The notes beneath the pieces were generated by a model, which did no database searches, was not told the origin of the DNA, and worked only from the letters and a program-made list of their open reading frames with translations. From an uncultured Clostridium sp. (GTDB lineage Bacteria > Bacillota > Clostridia > TANB77 > CAG-508), in contig CAZDPV010000001.1 in assembly GCA_964507565.1 (NCBI GenBank), positions 8,662-72,661 of the forward strand: DNA of 64,000 bases, read 5' to 3'. This document shows positions 38,945-45,819 of this stretch, in pieces. The position numbers were made by a program, and so were the translations under genes. How positions within the stretch are numbered: position 1 is the first letter of the stretch; each line of letters starts with the position of its first letter.

Positions 38945-38972
38945 GTAATCCTAGAATTACAAATTAGCAATA

Positions 38973-39647
38973 CTAGGAAAAAGAGGAGCGAGGGGGATAA
39001 AACTTGAAATGAATATGAATCTGCTTGTTGTAAGGCAAAGAAGAGTCACACTGAAGTTTCATAATTTTCATTAACTTATAGCTACTTGTAAAAACCAAAA
39101 CATTGTCACCAAATTGCATATGATATAAAGCTAAATTGATAACACTTCGCTGAGAAGCAGTGATGTTGAATGAAGGCTCTATTGGTAACTCTTCCAAATC
39201 AACATTTTCGATTTTTGCCCACCAACAGTCCTTTTTAACCTTTTTCTTCAAAGAAGGATCATACTCTTTGCATGTAGTTCTTAGAGTGGTGATAAGCTTA
39301 AAAAGTTTTCCGGCTGTTGCATTTGCATCAACCATAGAAAATTTAATTTTCCGAAATACTGGACTAGGAACAAGCAAATGATAACTAAGAAGTTCGTCAT
39401 AGTTTTCCATGAGAACAGTATCATCAACAATTATAATTGCTTCTTCAAGTCTCTCTGAAAAAATATCTTCACAGATTTTTTTTGCATAAGGATGATAATT
39501 AAAACTTGTAATAACTTTGGTTCTTGAAACACCTAGCTTTTGCGCAAGCATACTCCAAGAAAAGATACTCTTGTCGGTTTGAACAAGCTTAAACCACTTT
39601 TTGTAATCCAATTCAATTTCTTCCCGAGATCTAATATGATTTTTCAT
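38973..39647 (-). CDS. Orphan protein with an N-terminal HTH-like segment. Unknown family, compositionally atypical.
   Basis: The start is set at MKNHIRS, 6 nt after the RBS AGAGGTG. It has an HTH-like stretch WSMLAQKLGVSRTKVITS. I recognise no family. G+C is visibly higher than in the neighbouring genes. Confidence 0.5.
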   Translation of the reverse strand: MKNHIRSREEIELDYKKWFKLVQTDKSIFSWSMLAQKLGVSRTKVITSFNYHPYAKKICEDIFSERLEEAIIIVDDTVLMENYDELLSYHLLVPSPVFRKIKFSMVDANATAGKLFKLITTLRTTCKEYDPSLKKKVKKDCWWAKIENVDLEELPIEPSFNITASQRSVINLALYHMQFGDNVLVFTSSYKLMKIMKLQCDSSLPYNKQIHIHFKFYPPRSSFS

Positions 39648-39893
39648 TAAAGCACCTCTTTTTATAATATTTTCAAAGTACATAGTGTAATTATAGCATA
39701 TAAAAGGCATAAAAGCAAACAATGATAAATTTTTTAAAAAATAATAAAAAAACTTTCCAATATTTGCTTGCAATTTATTAAATAATGTGATAAGATAAAT
39801 ACATAATTTAATATTAAGTAGACTATTTCCCTAATTACAAAGGATCAATGTGTCAAAAATTATTAAATGAATTTGTAAAAAGGAGGAATAGTT

Positions 39894-40052
39894 ATGTACG
39901 AAGATAAAACATTAACATGTAAAGATTGTGGAAAAGAATTTGTTTGGACAGCTGGAGAACAAGAATTCTATGCATCAAAGGGATTTGAAAATGCACCTGT
40001 AAGATGCCCAGAATGCAGAAAAGCTAGAAAAAATCAAAGAAACAACCACTAA
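39894..40052 (+). CDS. Zinc-ribbon microprotein, 52 aa (not in the ORF track)
   Basis: My own translation is MYEDKTLTCKDCGKEFVWTAGEQEFYASKGFENAPVRCPECRKARKNQRNNH. It has two CxxC pairs, an AGGAGG RBS 8 nt upstream and a strong terminator downstream. Confidence 0.65.
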   Translation: MYEDKTLTCKDCGKEFVWTAGEQEFYASKGFENAPVRCPECRKARKNQRNNH

Positions 40053-40059
40053 TAATATA

Positions 40060-40092
40060 AAGACCTTCTAATTTATTAGAGGGTCTTTTTTA
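40060..40092 (+). terminator. Intrinsic terminator
   Basis: AGACCTTCTAA / TTAGAGGGTCT stem followed by T6. Confidence 0.75.
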
Positions 40093-40096
40093 TTTT

Positions 40097-40138
40097 TATA
40101 GTAATACATATTTCGAAGTATAGATATGTATTACTATA
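40097..40138. repeat. Perfect 15-bp inverted repeat upstream of spoIIID
   Basis: TATAGTAATACATAT (40097-40111), a 12-nt spacer, then ATATGTATTACTATA (40124-40138). No U-tract follows on either strand. Confidence 0.8.
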
Positions 40139-40216
40139 AAGATATAAACATAAGCGTTCTAATAATCTAATCGTGTGAATACAATTTAGCAAAAGTATTT
40201 ACATGGGGGGATTTCA

Positions 40217-40477
40217 ATGAAAAGTGACTTATTAGAAGAACGTGCAATAATGCTTGCACACTATATTATAGATTCAAAAGATACAGTAAGAGGTGCTGCT
40301 AAGAAATTTGGCGTTAGCAAAAGTACAGTACACAAAGATGTTACTGAAAGACTAATGGAAATAGATAATTCATTAGCATTACAAGTAAGAAAAGTGTTAG
40401 ATGAGAATAAAGCAGAAAGGCATATAAGAGGTGGATTAGCAACAAAAATGAAATACATAAAGATGCATAAAATTTAA
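40217..40477 (+). CDS. spoIIID: Sporulation transcriptional regulator SpoIIID
   Basis: ..VRGAAKKFGVSKSTVHKDVTERL......VRKVLDENKAERHIRGGLATKMKY closely matches my memory of SpoIIID. Confidence 0.95.
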   Translation: MKSDLLEERAIMLAHYIIDSKDTVRGAAKKFGVSKSTVHKDVTERLMEIDNSLALQVRKVLDENKAERHIRGGLATKMKYIKMHKI

Positions 40478-40545
40478 AAAATATTAGAAAAAACATGATA
40501 ATAAATAAAAAAAGAGTAAATGAGAAAATAAATTAAGCAAAACAC

Positions 40546-40574
40546 TTGAAATTATTTTAAATTTATGGTATCAT
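40546..40574 (+). promoter_or_regulatory. Sigma-A-type promoter with extended -10
   Basis: TTGAAA, a 17-nt spacer, then TGgTATCAT. Confidence 0.5.
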
Positions 40575-40615
40575 AAAACATAGTCGATTAAATTAAGCAT
40601 AGGAGGTGCATAAAA

Positions 40616-40813
40616 ATGGCAAAATGTGAATTATGCGGAAAAGCAATAGCAACTGGAAATAGAATTAGTATAGCTCGTTCACACGTAAGTAGAAGAGCTA
40701 CAAGAACATGGAAACCAAACCTAAGAACTGTAAGAATCAAGGTTAACGGAGAAAATAAAAAAATGACTGTATGCTCAAAGTGCTTACGCTCAGCAAAAGC
40801 AGAAAATATGTAA
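40616..40813 (+). CDS. rpmB: 50S ribosomal protein L28
   Basis: MAKCELCGK....GN.IS.A.SHVSRRATRTWKPNL..V. Confidence 0.95.
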   Translation: MAKCELCGKAIATGNRISIARSHVSRRATRTWKPNLRTVRIKVNGENKKMTVCSKCLRSAKAENM

Positions 40814-40817
40814 TATA

Positions 40818-40856
40818 AAACATCAACTAAAAAATAGTTGATGTTTTTGTTTTTTC
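40818..40856. terminator. Bidirectional terminator (rpmB / spoVM)
   Basis: AAACATCAACTA / TAGTTGATGTTT are perfect 12-bp arms followed by a T-run. Confidence 0.7.
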
Positions 40857-40895
40857 AAGAATACTAATTATGAAGCTAAACTCAGTATGTAATAT

Positions 40896-40970
40896 CTAAT
40901 TTTTAACTCCAAAAATTAATTTTACGAATCCTCTTAACCATTTTGGTACCTTTTTTACAACAACTGTCAT
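40896..40970 (-). CDS. spoVM: Stage V sporulation protein M-like 24-aa peptide (not in the ORF track)
   Basis: My own translation is MTVVVKKVPKWLRGFVKLIFGVKN, compared with B. subtilis SpoVM MKFYTIKLPKFLGGIVRAMLGSFRKD (from memory). They share K..PK.L.G.V....G with Pro at position 9. An AGGAGG lies 7 nt upstream. It is adjacent to rpmB, as I recall for B. subtilis. Confidence 0.7.
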   Translation of the reverse strand: MTVVVKKVPKWLRGFVKLIFGVKN

Positions 40971-40983
40971 ATAAAACCTCCTT

Positions 40984-41136
40984 TTATTTCTGACATAGGC
41001 AAATTAAACCTGCAATGACTACTGTTAAGCCTATAATAAATAGCCAACCTGAAAGTGGAAGTAATATAACAAGTAAAACTCCTAACCCAAATCCTATAAG
41101 GCATGTCGCTAGTAGTTTCTTTAGTATTCTACACAT
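40984..41136 (-). CDS. Small two-TM membrane protein (50 aa) co-oriented with spoVM
   Basis: MCRILKKLLATCLIGFGLGVLLVILLPLSGWLFIIGLTVVIAGLICLCQK, with an AGGAGG RBS. Its stop lies 13 nt before the spoVM start. Confidence 0.55.
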   Translation of the reverse strand: MCRILKKLLATCLIGFGLGVLLVILLPLSGWLFIIGLTVVIAGLICLCQK

Positions 41137-41281
41137 AATTACCTCCTTTATATAGTATATGTAAATCAATAAATTTAGGTTACTAGAGTAGAACTCAATT
41201 AAATTTGATTAAAATAAAAAAATTACTTCACTAAATTAAATATTTATGATATATTATTTATACAAGGGGGAAAATGTATAA

Positions 41282-42994
41282 ATGAGTCAAAAAATATCAA
41301 AAATTAAAATATCACATGCAATAAAAAGAACAATTATAATAATAGTTTCTTTAATTGCAATAATATTTTTAATAAAAATAGCTCCAAACTATGTTAAGGA
41401 AGCTAAAATAGAAGAAACAAAACTAATAATAAATAATAACAATGTAACAAATACTTTAAAATCAAAATTGAAAATAAAAGATGATACAATTTATCTATCT
41501 GAAGAGGACATAAAAAACTTCTTTGATGAGTATATAGTAGAAGAAAACAATAAAATTATAACAACATCAAACACAAAAACAGTAGCAATCCCAAAAGATA
41601 TAAATCAAGGCAAAATGTATATAAATGGCTCATATATTGAAATAAAAAATCCAATAATAGTAGAAAACAATACTACATATATACCAATTAGTGATTTAAA
41701 CGAAGTTTACAATTATGAAATAAATTATCAAGACAAAACAAATACCGTGATAATAGATTCATTAAATAGAAAAAAGGTTGAAGCAATAGCTTCAAAAAAG
41801 CTAAATGTTAAATATAAAACAACATTTTTATCAAAAACAATAGAAACAATAGAAAGAGGAGAAACTGTAACAATACTTCAAAGCCAAAATGAAAACAAGT
41901 CTATTGAAAAAAACGGATGGGTACGAATACGAACACAAAGCGGGAATATGGGATATGTAAAAAAGTCAGATTTATTAAATGAAAATGTAGTAAGAGAAAA
42001 CTTAGAAGAAGAAAAAATAGCTGGGAAAGTTAGCCTGGCATGGGATTATTATAATATGTACACTGTAGCACCATCTAGAACAGAAAAAATAGGGGGAATA
42101 AATATTGTATCACCATCGTTTTATGAACTAAAATCAGATGGAACATTAGTAAGCAACATAGGAAATTCTGGAGAAAAATATATTGAATGGGCCCATTCAA
42201 ATAATTATAAAATATGGCCAACTATATCAAACAGCATGCTTAATAACTTAGACGCAGTTTCTAAAATGATGTCCAACTTTGAATATAGAGCCAATCTAAT
42301 AGATAATATAGTAAAAGCATTATCAGAAACAGATGTTGACGGTATAAATATAGACTTCGAAAATATGTATAAAGAAGATAAGGACAAGTATTCAAGATTT
42401 ATAATAGAATTAGCACCTAGATTAGCAGAAATAGGCAAAAAGATATGCGTAGATGTAACTGCACCTGATGGGTCAGACACATGGTCTTTATGTTACGATA
42501 GAAATACAATAGGGAAAGTAGCAGATTATATAGTATTTATAGGATACGATGAACACACTGCATCATCAAAAGAAGCAGGAACTGTTGCAGGTGCCGATTG
42601 GCAAGAGCTAAATATCAAAAAATTTCTGGGACAAGAAGGAATTGATTCAAAAAAGGTAATATTGGCAATGCCATTTTATACTAGACTATGGACACAGCAA
42701 AATGGACGAGTAAGTAGTAAAGTAGTAAACATGAATAAAGTGGAAATACCATCAGGGGTCACAAAAAAATGGGATGAAAATACAAAGCAAAATTATATAG
42801 AATATACATCTAAAGTAAATGGAAACGATGTAACGTATAAAATGTGGATAGAAGATGAAGACTCTATTGCAGTAAAACTAGACTTAGTAAACACATATAA
42901 TTTAGCAGGAGCAGGATTTTGGGAACTTGGTAGAGAAAATAGTGAAGTTTGGAACATAGCAAAGGATAAATTAAAAGTAGAAACAACAAATTAG
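41282..42994 (+). CDS. GH18-family (YdhD/YaaH-like) peptidoglycan/cortex hydrolase with stalk and SH3b domains
   Basis: N-terminal TM, copper-amine-oxidase-like repeats (NNTTYIPISDLNEVYNYEI), an SH3b domain (GWVRIRTQSGNMGYVKKSDL) and the GH18 catalytic motif DGINIDFE. Confidence 0.8.
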   Translation: MSQKISKIKISHAIKRTIIIIVSLIAIIFLIKIAPNYVKEAKIEETKLIINNNNVTNTLKSKLKIKDDTIYLSEEDIKNFFDEYIVEENNKIITTSNTKTVAIPKDINQGKMYINGSYIEIKNPIIVENNTTYIPISDLNEVYNYEINYQDKTNTVIIDSLNRKKVEAIASKKLNVKYKTTFLSKTIETIERGETVTILQSQNENKSIEKNGWVRIRTQSGNMGYVKKSDLLNENVVRENLEEEKIAGKVSLAWDYYNMYTVAPSRTEKIGGINIVSPSFYELKSDGTLVSNIGNSGEKYIEWAHSNNYKIWPTISNSMLNNLDAVSKMMSNFEYRANLIDNIVKALSETDVDGINIDFENMYKEDKDKYSRFIIELAPRLAEIGKKICVDVTAPDGSDTWSLCYDRNTIGKVADYIVFIGYDEHTASSKEAGTVAGADWQELNIKKFLGQEGIDSKKVILAMPFYTRLWTQQNGRVSSKVVNMNKVEIPSGVTKKWDENTKQNYIEYTSKVNGNDVTYKMWIEDEDSIAVKLDLVNTYNLAGAGFWELGRENSEVWNIAKDKLKVETTN

Positions 42995-43040
42995 GAATAA
43001 AAACAAATCATCCGAATATTATATATACGGGTGATTTATT

Positions 43041-43889
43041 TTGAAGATAGCTTATATAAAATTGGATAAGCCTACAAATGAAAATATAATTAGTAAAATA
43101 AAATATAACGTAAAAAATAAAATGAATAAAGTATGGAATGATATAGATAACAAAGAAATATATTATATGTGTAATGCAAAAGAAAAATCCAAGAAAAAGA
43201 TTATAAAAGTGTTGGAGAATGATAAAATAGATTATGCTTTAACAGAAAAGATCGATTTAGAATATCCTAAATTAGAAGGAAGATATTTACTAAAATATAT
43301 GCTTCCTGAAGTAGTAGAGTATTGCTTTAAAAAAATAAAATTAAGAAATGATGAAATATATATTTGCACAAACAAATATAATAATGAAAATCTTACAATT
43401 ATTTATGAATTTATTAACAGAGTAAAGGTAGTAAATATTGTTTCTAACAATGAAAATTATAGAAAATTAGAAGAAAAACTTGAAGAAAAAGGTGAATATA
43501 TTGCTGTACTAAATAATAAAAGAAAAACATTAAAAAATGCTAATATAGTTATAAACTTGGATTTTGAAAATTTAAAAGAATATAATATAAACCGAAATAT
43601 GATAATAATAGACCTAACTAATAAATTTCAAATACCAACAGGATTTAATGGAATATATATTAGAAAAATTAAAATAGACACAAATAAAATAATGAGAATA
43701 TTTAGTGAATTTGAGAATTTTAACAGAAATGAGCTTTTAGAAGCGGAGATGATAAAACTAGAAAAGTTTGAAGATGTAAGGGAATATATTAGAAATAACA
43801 GATTTTATATAACAGAATTATATGGCAAAAGAAAAATAGATATTTCAGAGTTAGCCAAAATAGGCAGGACAGAAAAGAAAAATGATTAG
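43041..43889 (+). CDS. Hypothetical protein (282 aa, K/N/I-rich, no recognisable motif)
   Basis: A long ORF in coding-like context with a TTG start just after the terminator-like hairpin of the upstream gene. I recognise no family. Confidence 0.4.
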   Translation: MKIAYIKLDKPTNENIISKIKYNVKNKMNKVWNDIDNKEIYYMCNAKEKSKKKIIKVLENDKIDYALTEKIDLEYPKLEGRYLLKYMLPEVVEYCFKKIKLRNDEIYICTNKYNNENLTIIYEFINRVKVVNIVSNNENYRKLEEKLEEKGEYIAVLNNKRKTLKNANIVINLDFENLKEYNINRNMIIIDLTNKFQIPTGFNGIYIRKIKIDTNKIMRIFSEFENFNRNELLEAEMIKLEKFEDVREYIRNNRFYITELYGKRKIDISELAKIGRTEKKND

Positions 43890-43956
43890 AGAAAAAATAC
43901 TGTTCGAAAGATATGCAATCAAAATAAAAAAATTGTAACAAAATTTATAAAAAATA

Positions 43957-43985
43957 TTGACAAATTATCAACTTTGCATTAAGAT
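43957..43985 (+). promoter_or_regulatory. Sigma-A-type promoter
   Basis: TTGACA, a 17-nt spacer, then TAAGAT. Confidence 0.5.
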
Positions 43986-44035
43986 ATATAAATTGAAAAA
44001 TACAATTTTATGCATTAGCACAGGGAGGGATAAAA

Positions 44036-44515
44036 ATGGAAAATGAAGAAGTACTACTAACGCAAGAGGGATTTGATAAATTAGAAAAGCAATTAGAGTA
44101 TTTAAAAACAACGGAAAGAACAGAAATAGCAGGAAGAATAAAGGTAGCACTTGGTTACGGAGATTTGTCTGAAAATTCAGAATATGATGAAGCTAAATCT
44201 GCACAAGAAGCCAATGAAAGTAAAATCGTTGAGCTAGAAAATAAACTAAGACATGCCAAAATCATAGACGAAACAGAAATAGATACAAAAACTGTTCAAG
44301 TTGGAAATATTGTAGATGTACATGATATGGACTTTGATGAAGATATGACATACACAATCGTAGGTTCTACAGAAGTTGATTTAGCACAAAACAAAATATC
44401 AAATGAATCACCAATTGGATCAGCTTTATTAGGAGCAAAAAAGAACCAAATAGTAGAAGCAATATTACCAAATGGCGGAACTGCAAAATTCAAAATATTA
44501 TCAATAAAAAAATAA
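44036..44515 (+). CDS. greA: Transcription elongation factor GreA
   Basis: LTQEGFDKLEKQLEYLK...GDLSENSEYDEAK plus a C-terminal FKBP-like domain. Confidence 0.95.
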   Translation: MENEEVLLTQEGFDKLEKQLEYLKTTERTEIAGRIKVALGYGDLSENSEYDEAKSAQEANESKIVELENKLRHAKIIDETEIDTKTVQVGNIVDVHDMDFDEDMTYTIVGSTEVDLAQNKISNESPIGSALLGAKKNQIVEAILPNGGTAKFKILSIKK

Positions 44516-44527
44516 TTTTTAATAAAG

Positions 44528-44557
44528 ATACTTCAAATAAGAAGTATTTTTATTTTT
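44528..44557 (+). terminator. Intrinsic terminator after greA
   Basis: ATACTTC-aaataa-GAAGTAT followed by a T-rich run. Confidence 0.6.
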
Positions 44558-44640
44558 TGACTGAAATTTCGCATAAATATTGACCTTTTGCCAATAAAAT
44601 AATATAATATAACCTATATAATTAGAAGGGAAAGATAAAT

Positions 44641-45513
44641 ATGGGAGCTCTTATGACCACATCTAGTTTTGGAGGAGAACTATTAAGTTTCAAATTAGAT
44701 GGAATAGAAAAAATACACCAAGGAGAAGAAGCAAGAGACGAAAACGGAAGAGTATACTGGAAAAGGCATGCACCAATATTGTTTCCAATAGTGGGAAAAT
44801 TAAAAAGAAATCAGACAATAATAAATGGAAGAACTTTTGAAATGTCACAACATGGATTCGCAAGAGATATGGAATTTGAGCCTGTAACTAAATTAGATAA
44901 TTTCCATTCGTATGTATTAAGAAGCAATAAATATACAATGGCTAGATATCCATTTGAATTTGAACTATATAATACATATAGACAAGAAGACAACAAACTA
45001 ATATTTATGTATAAAGTAATAAATTCAGGTAATAACAACATGCCATTTGGAATAGGGGGACACCCTGCATTCAAAATAGATCCAGACGATTTAAAAAGAG
45101 GTAATTACTATCTTGAATTTGAAGAAGAAGAAGATAAAGCACATTTCTTATATTTGGTAGATGGATTAGTTGGTACAGAATATGCAAAAAACATATTAGA
45201 AGGTGGAAAAAGAATATCGTTAAACGAACATACTTTTGACAACGATGCCCTAATTATAAAAGGAATACAGAATAAAAAAATTAGCTTGAAAAACATAAGA
45301 ACCAGAAAAACGGTATTAAAAATGAACTTTGAAGGATGGCCTTATATTGGAATTTGGTCTAAGCAAGGAGCACCATTTATATGTTTAGAACCATGGATGT
45401 CAACAGCAGATAGAGTCAATAGTTCTAATATATTTGTAAAAAAACCGGATATGATAATATTACAACCGGGAGAAGAATTTGAAAATAAATTTTCGGTAGA
45501 ATTCTTTAATTAA
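44641..45513 (+). CDS. Aldose 1-epimerase-family (LacX-like) protein
   Basis: ..RHAPILFPIVGKLK....GFAR...F......GGHPAF......EPW.. is a mutarotase-fold signature. Confidence 0.75.
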   Translation: MGALMTTSSFGGELLSFKLDGIEKIHQGEEARDENGRVYWKRHAPILFPIVGKLKRNQTIINGRTFEMSQHGFARDMEFEPVTKLDNFHSYVLRSNKYTMARYPFEFELYNTYRQEDNKLIFMYKVINSGNNNMPFGIGGHPAFKIDPDDLKRGNYYLEFEEEEDKAHFLYLVDGLVGTEYAKNILEGGKRISLNEHTFDNDALIIKGIQNKKISLKNIRTRKTVLKMNFEGWPYIGIWSKQGAPFICLEPWMSTADRVNSSNIFVKKPDMIILQPGEEFENKFSVEFFN

Positions 45514-45597
45514 GGTAATAATTTTTAAAATATCTAAGATAAAATTATATAAATTTGTACAAATGAAGGCATAAATAAAATAATAAAGGATGTAAAA

Positions 45598-45780
45598 ATG
45601 AAAATAATTTTATTACTAATCATTGCAATAGGAGTAACCCTTATATATGATGCAAGAAAAATATCAAGTGAATATTTTAGCAAACAAGATCAAAATAAGA
45701 TCACAATAATTCTAAAATTATTAGGATTTGCTCTAGCAATTTTTTGTGGTTTTATTATAGCAATAGTAGTAAAAATTTAA
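45598..45780 (+). CDS. Small two-TM membrane protein (60 aa)
   Basis: RBS aaagga and two hydrophobic helices. Unknown family. Confidence 0.4.
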   Translation: MKIILLLIIAIGVTLIYDARKISSEYFSKQDQNKITIILKLLGFALAIFCGFIIAIVVKI

Positions 45781-45819
45781 AGCATATTATTGTATGTATT
45801 TGAAAGGACATTAGAGAAA

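Noticed and set aside
45514-45819. A T-box leader expected upstream of valS (and of proS at 22143).
   Set aside because: I could not find the conserved T-box sequence (AANNNGGGTGGTACCGCG-like) or a specifier/antiterminator architecture. The valS upstream space is occupied by a small membrane-protein ORF, and proS abuts scpB.
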